A stretch of 62,960 bases of DNA, the filler included, from Octopus bimaculoides (taxonomy: Eukaryota), in the NCBI RefSeq assembly GCF_001194135.2. It is 6 parts of 4 records of this genome, joined end to end, with 100 filler letters (N's around TTAATTAATTAA, not from the genome) between each part and the next. Parts side by side here need not be neighbours in the genome. Positions count along the whole stretch, not along the records: positions 49,689 to 54,556 come from NC_069002.1; positions 54,657 to 62,960 come from NC_068990.1; 4 more parts are not named here. The stretch is one strand, 5' to 3'. Position 1 is the first letter of the stretch; each line of letters opens with the position of its first letter. This document shows, piece by piece, positions 52,069 through 62,960 of the stretch. Below the pieces are notes generated by a model. It was not told the DNA's origin. It worked only from the letters and a program-made list of their open reading frames with translations, and searched no databases. The position numbers and the translations under genes are program-made.

Positions 52069-54521
52069 NNNNNNNNNNNNNNNNNNNNNNNNNNNNNNNN
52101 NNNNNNNNNNNNNNNNNNNNNNNNNNNNNNNNNNNNNNNNNNNNNNNNNNNNNNNNNNNNNNNNNNNNNNNNNNNNNNNNNNNNNNNNNNNNNNNNNNNN
52201 NNNNNNNNNNNNNNNNNNNNNNNNNNNNNNNNNNNNNNNNNNNNNNNNNNNNNNNNNNNNNNNNNNNNNNNNNNNNNNNNNNNNNNNNNNNNNNNNNNNN
52301 NNNNNNNNNNNNNNNNNNNNNNNNNNNNNNNNNNNNNNNNNNNNNNNNNNNNNNNNNNNNNNNNNNNNNNNNNNNNNNNNNNNNNNNNNNNNNNNNNNNN
52401 NNNNNNNNNNNNNNNNNNNNNNNNNNNNNNNNNNNNNNNNNNNNNNNNNNNNATGGTTTAGTGAGTGCAACATGTAAAAGAGAAATGCTACATGTGAGCG
52501 AATGTATGTTTGTGTGAGTTTTGTTTCGTATAGCGTGATCGTTGTTGGCTGAATTAGTTTTAGAAGGTTCGTGAATTTCCCCGCTGTCGTCTGACAGTAT
52601 GGAATTCATCTGTGTATTTACGTGCGATTTATTTGCGTGACTATATGACATTTTTTAGCCATTCTAAGCTATCTTTTCTTTTGCATCTTCGCGAGTAACC
52701 TAAAAAAATATCGGAACCGTAAAAAAAAAAAAAAGAAATGAAAATATAACATCTTCATATCCTCTCCGGGGCTAACATGGAAAACCCTTAAGTCCTTGCA
52801 GTTTCATGTTTCTATATAATTACATTCCAGCCTACACAAACAACTTTCAATGATACAGTTTAGCGCACGTGCCAATGACGCAAACACACACACACACACG
52901 CACACATTCACACACCTACATAAACACACTAGCGTACATTCATAAACATATTCTTTGACGCAATTTATATTTTCTCATTACCATTTGAAGGATTAAGTCA
53001 GATTGAAAATATCCTGCAAAACAGATGGCTGTGAAGCTTGCGAAGCTTTTATATTAATTGTAATATATCTTTATACAATTAAGACGCCGTTAGTGAAGTG
53101 TGCTGTGGTATTTGTAATTCGAGATCAAATCCCATTGGAGTCAATTTTGATTTTTTCTTAGTCCAAGTTGGTGTTATGGTGGAGACTGCTAGAGGTCCAA
53201 GTGAGATTCTGTCCAAGCAGCATTTTGTCCATTGTATTTCGATTTCAAATTTATCTGAACATTTTGAATTTCTTCGGCAGCTGTAGGAAGAGGTAGTGAA
53301 AAGCTCCTGGCTTTGATAAACGGAAATACAAGAGGATGAGTTAATTATGATTTTATTCAACATATTTCCCTCTCTGATTCACATACATATAGTACCGGCC
53401 CTTCAGTTTTTTCTAAGATCTATAGAAATATCAAGATTCTGGGCCCTCCAACCAGGCCCTTCGCGCTACCTTTAAAGCTAGGAACCTTTCAGCACTCACC
53501 CCTCGTAGCTTAGCCATGCTGTTACGAGACTTCGAATGATTATGAAAGTAGTGTTGTAGAATAGTTATAATTCAATATAAACAGGATATTGATTACGCAC
53601 AAGGGCTCAGCATGATGGTGGTTGTCTTGATGATTATGATGGTGGTTGTGTTTTTGATGATGATGATGGTTGATGATGTTGATGATAATTATGATGATGA
53701 TGATGACGACGTCGACGACAACTAAAATTAAAAGTGGAAAGGAAGAGGTGAATGTGAGGAGAGAGCAAGGAATGAGGAAGATACATTAAGCCATTATGAA
53801 ACATTTATCGTTCAATTCATTACTCTCTCATTTTATACCCGTCCCGATATTGAACCTGCGACTAGCGTTGCTTTCTTCAATTTTAAATATCCTACACAGC
53901 GATCTGAAGATAAATTACTAAGTAATTCTTCAAAGATTCACACAACCTTCATAGATCCTCGAGAAAATCGAATAGTAGATTCGTGTTGTAACACGAGAAT
54001 ACAGACAAGGAAAACACAGAGAGATGAATACAAAGAGGGGGCGCAAGTATTTATCTGCAAACGGTATGTTTTACATGATGCTTTGGAAGGCTTCATTGTG
54101 AAGGAGTTTGGGTTTTACGTACACACGAGCACTTTATAATATACGTGTGTGCATCGTGGAGTGCGTAGGCCAGAATGTTATTCTAAAATTGGATAAGTTG
54201 TGACTGATTCACTTCTCTTTATTGGTGAACGATTCATGCGTAAATGACATACGTACGTTCGTTGTAATACATTGCGTATTGTACAGGATAGAACAATACA
54301 TGAAAGTATGATTACAATCTATCTACCCTACTATTATAGATTGCTTTCAAAATGTGTGTCTTTCTCTCACTCTCTCACTCTCTCTCTCTCTTTTTCTATC
54401 TCTTTTCTCTATCTCTGTCTATTTCAAAAAGGCATTGCAATATGAATGCACACGCACGACATTTATATATCGACACACATTTACATGCATATATACGCAC
54501 ATGCATATATGCATACATACA

Positions 54522-54556
<35 letters not shown>

Positions 54557-54656
54557 NNNNNNNNNNNNNNNNNNNNNNNNNNNNNNNNNNNNNNNNNNNN
54601 TTAATTAATTAANNNNNNNNNNNNNNNNNNNNNNNNNNNNNNNNNNNNNNNNNNNN
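54557..54656. other. Artificial contig-joining spacer 5
   Basis: Same layout; 12-mer at 54601-54612. Confidence 0.97.
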
Positions 54657-56028
54657 CGTCGGGTCGACCAATGTTTTATAAGTGAATTAGATTTAACAGA
54701 AACTGTCGAAAATTCATTAAAAATGTGTGTGTGTGTGTGCGCGCGTGTTGTACCTTACTGCTTGACAATTATGTAAGTTTGTTTACCTCTCTATATTACA
54801 CAGCAATTCGGGAAAAGGGGGAGCCATTAGAATAAGTACGGGGGGGGATCTGATTGACTAAAACTCTTCGGTCCAGTGCCTTAGCATGGACACATTTCAA
54901 TGACTGACACAAGCAAAAGAATAATAAAAAAATATGTATATATGCATTGTGTGTGATTGTGCATGTACAGATAAAACACACACACACGCACATTTATATT
55001 AAGAAGTAGCTAAGAAGAAATACATCATATAGGAAAAGTTGTCTTAATAATTGGTTTCAAATTCTGGCACAAGGCCGGCAATTTTTTGATGAGTGGGTAA
55101 GTCAATTACATCGGCATTAGTGCTGAACAGGTACTTATTTTACGACCCTAAACGGCAAAGAGGGCCTCAGCGGAATTTGAACTCAGAATGTAAAGACAGA
55201 CGAATTGCTGCCAAGCATTTTGCCCGGCGCGCTAGCGATTCTGCCACGTCGCCGCCTAAAGCTATCTTAATATTAATTTCTGATAAACATATTTCTATGA
55301 TCACACAATTTACAATGCTGATACTGAAAGGAGAAAAATATAAATAAATAAAATAATAATAAAGGTATAACTACACAAGTGTGCCCCCCGCCTTGATTTT
55401 TTTTCTTTCTTCAAAACTTCCAGAAAAATGAATATTTTAATGGAAATTTTCTATAAATATGCATCAGATGGTGTAAATTCCGATTACATTGGGAATATGT
55501 GAAAAAAAGTTATTAGGAGTATCGGGAGAGAAGTTTCGGGAAATTCACATTAGATAGCTTTCCGAAAACTGGGTATTTTTCGATGAATTTTTCTCTATAT
55601 ATACCTTTCAGATANNNNNNNNNNNNNNNNNNNNNNNNNNNNNNNNNNNNNNNNNNNNNNNNNNNNNNNNNNNNNNNNNNNNNNNNNNNNNNNNNNNNNN
55701 NNNNNNNNNNNNNNNNNNNNNNNNNNNNNNNNNNNNNNNNNNNNNNNNNNNNNNNNNNNNNNNNNNNNNCTTATTTTACGACCCTAAACGGCAAAGAGGG
55801 CCTCAGCGGAATTTGAACTCAGAATGTAAAGACAGACGAATTGCTGCCAAGCATTTTGCCCGGCGCGCTAGCGATTCTGCCACGTCGCCGCCTAAAGCTA
55901 TCTTAATATTAATTTCTGATAAACATATTTCTATGATCACACAATTTACAATGCTGATACTGAAAGGAGAAAAATATAAATAAATAAAATAAAAAGAAAA
56001 AATACCAATTTTTCTGGTAGTTATGAGA

Positions 56029-56180
56029 GTAATTTTTCAGATTAACACCCGCACGATTACCTAACCCTAAACCTAACACTAACCCTAACCCTGATCCTGA
56101 CCCTAATACTAATCCTAACCCTAAAACCCTAACCCTAACACCCTAGTGAAAATCGTGCGGGTGTTAATCTGAAAAATTAC
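56029..56180. mobile_element. MITE-like element with perfect 30-bp TIRs around telomere-like repeats
   Basis: GTAATTTTTCAGATTAACACCCGCACGATT (56029-56058) has its exact reverse complement at 56151-56180; the interior is degenerate (CCCTAA)n. Confidence 0.88.
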
Positions 56181-56789
56181 CGCTATGAGGAAACAAAGTC
56201 AGAGAGGGTGCGCTTGTGGAGGAATGATTTTTCCCGCTTGTTTAATGTAAAAAAATAATAATAATAATAATAATAATAATAAAGTTATGACGAAGTCTAC
56301 GTCTGTCAGTCTGTCTCTCTCTCTTACACAGAGACAATCGCTGAGGAAAATAGCAGCATGTTAACTTCAAACAGGCACTAAGTAACAACACAAATTTATA
56401 ACAATTATAAATTGTTCTTAATCCAGACACAAACCCTGAAACTTGCGGAAGTGGGCTAGTCGATTAGATAAACCCCAGTAATCGTCTGGTACTTTATTTC
56501 ATTGACCCCAAAAGGATGAAAGGCTAAGTTGACTACGGCGGAATTCGAGCTAAGAGCAAAAAAACACAAGAAATACCGCTAAGCATTTATCCTGGCGTAC
56601 TAACGATTCTGCCAACTAACAACAATAATAATCCTTACTACTTACTACAGGCTGAAGGCCCTAAAATTTTATGGGAGGGGACTAATCGAATACATCGACC
56701 ACAGTGCGTAACTGGTACTTAGTTTATCGACCCCGGCGGCATTTGAACTCAGAACACGAAGACAGACGAAATACCGCTAAGCATTTTGC

Positions 56790-56952
56790 GGTAATTTTTC
56801 AGATTAACACCCGCACGATTACCTAACCCTAACACTGACCTTAAAACCGTAACCTTAACACTAACCCTAATCTTAACCCTAACCGTAACCCTAAAACCCT
56901 AACCCTCACCCTAGTGAAACACCTAGTGCGGGTGTTAATCTGAAAAATTACC
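56790..56952. mobile_element. Second copy of the telomere-repeat TIR element, interrupting a family B SINE
   Basis: Same left TIR at 56791-56820, right TIR 56926-56952 and a (CCCTAA)-like interior. Confidence 0.85.
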
Positions 56953-57821
56953 CATTCTGCCAGCTAACAACATCAATAATCCTTTCTANNNNNNNNNNNN
57001 NNNNNNNNNNNNNNNNNNNNNNNNNNNNNNNNNNNNNNNNNNNNNNNNNNNNNNNNNNNNNNNNNNNNNNNNNNNNNNNNNNNNNNNNNNNNNNNNNNNN
57101 NNNNNNNNNNNNNNNNNNNNNNNNNNNNNNNNNNNNNNNNNNNNNNNNNNNNNNNNNNNNNNNNNNNNNNNNNNNNNNNNNNNNNNNNNNNNNNNNNNNN
57201 NNNNNNNNNNNNNNNNNNNNNNNNNNNNNNNNNNNNNNNNNNNNNNNNNNNNNNNNNNNNNNNNNNNNNNNNNNNNNNNNNNNNNNNNACAGGAAGAAAT
57301 GCCGCTTAACATTTTGTCCGAAACGCTAACGATTCCGCTTGCTCGAATAAAATAAACCCGGTAATCGCAAACAATACAATCGAGTATTTATTGTTAAAAT
57401 TCAAAATAAAAACGTGAGTGTGAAGGTGGTTGTTGGCGGAGGCGAAAAGAAAAGTAGCGCTACGACATTTAAGTGCGAAGAAATTCATTACAATTGTAGA
57501 TAAAACCTATATAAAATAGTAAGTTAGGAATTCAGTACACACACACACACACACATACACATCGAGTAATCAGACAGACAGATTAGGTCTGGTATAGACA
57601 GGCGAGAGAAGAGGAATATAAATAGAAACAAATTGTAGTAAAACGAGAAAGTGCTTCCAGCATTGAGCAACCCTGTTAGAAATAGCAGCCTAATTGCTGA
57701 CTTCCTATTGAAGCGTAGTAAATTTTTTTTTTTTTATGTTAAGTTCACGTTGATATTTTAATGTTTTTTTTTTTAATATAAAAGAATGATTTAGAGGCAA
57801 TGTTTAAACAAATTTCGATAC

Positions 57822-57927
57822 TACTTAAATAGAGGTCCCGGCGCATATACGTAATCCTAACCCTAACAAGTGTGCACTGTAAAAACATATCGTTACATAG
57901 ATGCATCGGGTCCTCTGTATTTAAGTA
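57822..57927. repeat. Small foldback with a CCTAACCCTAAC interior
   Basis: TACTTAAATAGAGGTCCCGGCGCAT pairs with ATGCATCGGGTCCTCTGTATTTAAGTA apart from a 2-nt indel and 3 mismatches. Confidence 0.65.
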
Positions 57928-57990
57928 ATGCCCAAACTGCTTTACGTTAAGCTTAATAATTCTTTTTTCTCCTTTTACTTAACTATTGGC

Positions 57991-58372
57991 ATACCTACAT
58001 AAGTGTGCACCTGAATCTGTTTCTTCATAACTTTCAGAAAAGTGGGTGTTTTTACATGAAATTTTCTACAAACACCTTCAAGACGGTATAGATTGTGATT
58101 ATATGGGAATTTAATGGGAGTCCATCCCCCACCCATAACAAAACTAGTAGTTGCACACATCTACATTCTGTCATGCATTACACAACTTTTTCAAAATTTC
58201 AAGTTTCATTTTGTAAATATATAGGTGATGTGTTTATTATTATTATTTTTTTTTTCCACATTAAATTCTGGTGTACTTGGAATCTAAGCAATCTAAACAG
58301 TATTTGTAGAAAATTTCATTACGAAATATTCATTTCTCAGAAAGTTACGAGAGGGCACACTTGTGTATGTAT
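57991..58372. mobile_element. Old MITE with long imperfect TIRs
   Basis: Ends ATACCTACATAAGTGTGC...CATAACTTTC...ATGAAATTTTCTACAAA have an inverted counterpart at about 58300-58372. A second left end of this family lies at about 55365-55460. Confidence 0.65.
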
Positions 58373-58404
58373 ACGAAATTATTTTGTGACGTAGTGTAAA
58401 CAAA

Positions 58405-58442
<38 letters not shown>

Positions 58443-58800
58443 TTATAACCTCACATTGTATCATTAGTACACTGATACTTAACCGACAGGCCATCAACCG
58501 TCTAACATTCACGCAGCCTCGTTTACATTTTAATACATCGTCATAGTCGTCGTGGTTTTAACGTCCACTTTTCCATGCTAGCATGGGTTGAAAGGAATTT
58601 GTTGAGGCGGATTTACTACGCTCGGATTCCCTTCCTGTCGCCAATCCTCATCTCTTCCCAAGTGAAGTAATAAGTAATATTTCCCCATAATGAAGTATAC
58701 AATTTTACAGAATATTGGAAATGAAGAACGTCGCTTTTATGGCGGTGACACTCATTTACAAATATCACGTGATGCCAAGGCAATGAAAAGTAACACAAAC

Positions 58801-58831
<31 letters not shown>

Positions 58832-59798
58832 NNNNNNNNNNNNNNNNNNNNNNNNNNNNNNNNNNNNNNNNNNNNNNNNNNNNNNNNNNNNNNNNNNNNN
58901 NNNNNNNNNNNNNNNNNNNNNNNNNNNNNNNNNNNNNNNNNNNNNNNNNNNNNNNNNNNNNNNNNNNNNNNNNNNNNNNNNNNNNNNNNNNNNNNNNNNN
59001 NNNNNNNNNNNNNNNNNNNNNNNNNNNNNNNNNNNNNNNNNNNNNNNNNNNNNNNNNNNNNNNNNATATATATGAGTGGCTGTGTGGTAAATAGCTTGCT
59101 TACCAACCACGTGACACCTTGGGCAAATATCTTCTACTATAGCTTCGGGCCGACCAAAGCCTTGTGGGTGGATTTGGTAGACGGAAAGTGAAAGAAGCCC
59201 GACGTATATATATATATATATGTATGTTTGTCACCTCACCCTATCGCTTGACAATGCTGGTGTGTTTACATCCCCATAATTAGTGGTTCGGCAAAAGAAA
59301 CTGATAGAATAAGTACTAAGCTATAAAAAAATAAGTTCTGGGGTCGATTTGTTCGACTAAAGGCGGTGCCCCAGCATGGCCAGAGCCACATGGCTAAAAC
59401 AAGTATACAACGTCCAAGATGCCATGCAGAGAGTGAACTCGAAACCATGTGGTTGGAAAACAAACTTCCTGTTACATAGCCACACCTGCACCACAAGTAG
59501 CATTCAGTTACTTATCACTGGACAGGCTAGAAGGGATGAGTATTAAAAAGGACTAATGTTAGCCAGTTCGTTCTTTATTCCATGCTGCCATGGAGCCTAA
59601 TCTCACAGGGACTTGAAGAAATAAGTATTTGAATCCGTATACAAATTTATCTATATATCATATATTTATTCTTATCGTTATCTTCCCTCTTCGCCACAAA
59701 GAGGCAATGACAAAATCCATGCTCTGAATGGATATCATTGCGGGAGCATATCCGAAACAAGATGTTTCGAGAAGGGAGCGGAGTGAACGATGTGATCA

Positions 59799-60186
59799 TT
59801 GTTGTTGTTGGCACTCCGTCGCTTACGACGTCGAGGGTTCCAGTTGATCCGATCAACGGAACAGCCTGCTCGTGAAATTAACGTGCAAGTGGCTGAGCAC
59901 TCCACAGACACGTGTACCCTTAACGTAATTCTTGGGGATATTCAGTGTGACACAGTGTGACAAGGCTGACCCTTTGAATTACAGGCACAACAGAAATAGG
60001 AAGAAAGAGTGAGAGAAAGTTGTGGTGAAAGAGTACAGCAGGGTTCGCCACCATCCCCTACCGGAGCCTCATGGAGTTTTAGGTGTTTTCGCTCAATAAA
60101 CACTCACAACGCCCGGTCTGGGAATCGAAACCGCGATCCTATGACCGCGAGTCCGCTGCCCTAACCACTGGGCCATTGCGCCTCCA
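59799..60186 (-). mobile_element. SINE family C with 15-bp TSD
   Basis: Flanked by TGAACGA(T/C)GTGATCA at 59784-59798 and 60187-60201. Partial or diverged relatives lie at about 42293-42485(+) and 47358-47680(+). Confidence 0.92.
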
Positions 60187-60847
60187 TGAACGACGTGATC
60201 ACAGAGTTCTGAAAGCACAATTTCTGCTGAATCGAACATGTTGCAAAGTTTACAGACAACAGGTGGGCCCATGCAGTTGCTGAGGTCTGAAAAAGGCCAC
60301 TTAGAAGGCCTCCACAACGATAGGAAGTCAATTAAGTTTAAATATTTGGGCCAAGATGGAAAAGAAGGGTGTAATTAAAAAAGTGTTGGAAACGCATTGT
60401 GACTAGCGGTGTATAGGAACAATCGATAGTCTGGTAGACACAGTGATACATAACATATACACGCACGCACAGGTAAGCACGCGTGCTCAATAAACCACCA
60501 TAAAAAAAAACAGCACATTGTCACTTTCTGATGAGAATAAAGACTAAGTGCTCACTCAACAACGCTTTTAACAGCTAGCTAAAGCCGAACTTAACTAACA
60601 AAAGGTAGAAATAGGTGAGGGAGCAACAAACAAGGTGTACTAGTTTGACGCTCAGGAAAAAATGGAAGAGCCTGTGACGTTTCAAGCCTTCGCTCTTCTA
60701 CAGAAAAGAATAAGGACAGAAAACAAACAGATGGAGATAGAGAAGAAAACGCGTTTGAATTTTATGTGTGTGTCAAGGTCGTGTGTAAGAATCCATAAAT
60801 TAGAAAAATTAGGCACTCATATATTTGTCAATGGAGAAGGCATATTA

Positions 60848-61082
60848 TATACAGTATTACAGATCCATTACAGCCGATCTTCTCAATCGATTTCGTACTG
60901 GATATTAAATAAACGGGCAGTTATTCAATACACATGCTCTTCAGGAATGACAGTCGCCATGTTTTTTTTTCCATACCTGCCATTCCTAAAGAGCACGTGT
61001 ATTAGACAGCCGCCTGGTTATCTAATATCCAGTACGAAATCGATTGGTAACATCAGCTGTAATGCATCTATAATACTGCATA
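60848..61082. repeat. Foldback/MITE with 106-bp arms
   Basis: Arms 60848-60953 and 60977-61082 show 18 substitutions and no indels; the spacer is 23 nt. Confidence 0.88.
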
Positions 61083-61912
61083 CTGTGATTTGTATAATAT
61101 ATATATATATGTGTGTGTGTGTGTATACACACACACCAAAAACTGTCCAATATTTTTCAGTTTTGGATTCTCATTCAACCCCCTCTCCCTACCACACTTT
61201 TGGGAAGTTTTTTTGTTTTTTTTTTCTTCCTGCTTTTGCTTTTCGAATTATTATTATCATTATTATTATTGAGCTGGCAGAATCGTTAGCACGCAGTGCA
61301 AAATCTCTGATGTTCAAAATATAATATAAAATAAATTCTGCCAAGGCCGACTTCATCATTCATCCCTTCCGAAGTCGAGAAAATAAGTAACAGCTGAATT
61401 AATGTAATCGACTGCCCCCTTCCCCAAAATTTCAGGCTTTGTGCCTATAACAGAAAGGATTATTATTATCATTATTATTAAGGCGGCGAGCTGGTGGTAT
61501 CGTTAGTACACCTGACAAACTGCTTAGCAGCGTTTCTTCTGGTTCCTTACGTTTTGAGTTCAAATACCGCCAAGGTCGACTTCATCTTTCATCCTTTCGG
61601 AGTTGATGAAACAAAAACCAGTCGAGCAACCGGGCCGATGTAATCGACTAGTTGCCCACCCCCAATTTACGGGCTTTGTACCTACAATAGAAAAATTCTA
61701 TTTTGAAACATAGGAAATAGTAAATATGTAAAAATATAATTTTCACAAATTCAATTGTTTGATGAATCTTCAAAATATCCGCTTTAAAAAAGAAAAAGTT
61801 TTGTTCCCCTTTCCGTAATTTATCCTTTTTCTTTTAATCTTTTTCGTATGTTTCAAAAACTGAAAAATAGTATTGAATAATCCTTCAGTTTAATGTCGAA
61901 TTATTTTATATA

Positions 61913-62305
61913 GGTGCAGGAGTTGCTGTTGGTAAGTAGCTTGCTAACCAACCACATGGTTAAGAGTTCAGTTCTACTGCTTGGCACCTTGGGCAAGTGT
62001 CTTCGACTATAACCTCGGGCCGGCCAAAGCCTTGTGAGTGGATTTGGTAGACAGAAACTGAAAGAAGCCCCTCGTATGTGTGTGTGTGTGTGTGTGTGTG
62101 CTTGTGTGTCTGTGTTTATCCCCCCAACATCGCTTGACAACCGATGGTGGTGTGTTTACGTCCCCGTAACTTAGCGGTTCAGCAAAAGAAACCGATAGAA
62201 TAAGTACTAGGCTTACAAAGAATAAGTCCTAGGGTCGATTTGCTCGACTGAAGGCGGTGCTCCAGCATGGCTGCATTCAAATGACTAAAACAAATAAAAG
62301 AGTAT
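61913..62305 (+). mobile_element. SINE family A, full-length
   Basis: Colinear with 1885-2290 from head to the AAAAGAGTA tail. Confidence 0.9.
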
Positions 62306-62960
62306 AGAACTTGACCTAAAAACAAACATACATACATAATGATTTCTCTGAAAGCATGAGTCCTGGAGAAGAGAAATGGAGTGCGGTGTCCGAGAGAGAG
62401 AGAGAGAGAGAGAGGAAGACAGAGAGAAGGGGAGAACCCGAAAGAGAGAGAGAGAAGAAGACAGAGAGAAGGGGAGAGAGAACCAGAAAGAGAGAGAGAG
62501 AGAGAGAGAAAGCGCAGTAATTCTATAATGCTCTTTATAACGCTCTCAATGTCAAACGTGGGCAGGGAGATAGAGGAAACAAACATACAGAACATTTCGT
62601 ACTTCGCTGCAGGTGGCCATAAAGGATTACAATAAATATATAAACCTTTTGTTTTACTTGTTTCAGTCAATAGATTACTGCCAAGCTGGGGTATAACCTT
62701 GAAGGGTTTTTTTTTTTTTTTACAGTCGATCGAATCGACACTACCATTTACTTTTTTTAAAGCTTGGTACTTATTCTATAGGTCTCTCTGTTTTTTTTTT
62801 TTTTTCTGTCTTTTCCGAACCGCTACATTATGGACACGTAAACAAACCAACACCGGTCATCAAGCGGTGGTGGGAGACAAAAATGAACACAAAGTCACAC
62901 ACACATACATATAAATAGAGGGAAAGAGTGAGAGAGAACATATATATATATATATATATA

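Noticed and set aside
52453-52651. Minus-strand ORF MSYSHANKSHVNTQMNSILSDDSGEIHEP
   Set aside because: No convincing donor or recognisable motif, and it runs into a gap.
53079-53290. Good-looking minus-strand acceptor (cttcctacag) before AEEIQNVQINLKSKYNGQNAAW
   Set aside because: No homology recognised, an early stop and no partner exon; cannot be supported without RNA data.
55131-55990. ~220-bp exact duplication either side of the gap at 55615-55769
   Set aside because: Identical copies abutting a gap most likely reflect overlapping contig ends.
60662-61324. 220-aa plus-strand ORF
   Set aside because: It runs through a foldback element, a microsatellite and a SINE; no recognisable protein.

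Overview
AT-rich animal genomic DNA dense in microsatellites and SINEs. It is probably from a cephalopod (Octopus-like), inferred from the repeat landscape only. The window is not one locus: five identical 100-nt spacers (44 N + TTAATTAATTAA + 44 N) join six independent pieces (1-13931, 14032-33110, 33211-44612, 44713-49588, 49689-54556, 54657-62960). The only gene I can support is five minus-strand exons of an axonemal inner-arm dynein heavy chain (DNAH12-like, end of AAA1 through AAA2) at 14378-24031. They splice in frame at GT-AG junctions into 315 codons. The rest is mobile DNA: several tRNA-derived SINE families, a Penelope-like RT/GIY-YIG element, R4/Dong-like RLE retroposon ends, Tc1 and hAT-like transposase relics, a hAT MITE with an 8-bp TSD, many foldback elements and small TIR elements that enclose telomere-like (CCCTAA)n. 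The best lead is an apparently intact minimal type I hammerhead ribozyme at 27312-27440 (-). It has a palindromic stem III and an unusually long, structured stem II, inside a ~390-bp unit with inverted ends. Two decayed hammerhead-like motifs occur at 3516-3562 and 46094-46143. Nearly all ORFs in the supplied track are microsatellite, gap or SINE artefacts. All alignments and folds were done by eye, and family names come from recall and need database confirmation.
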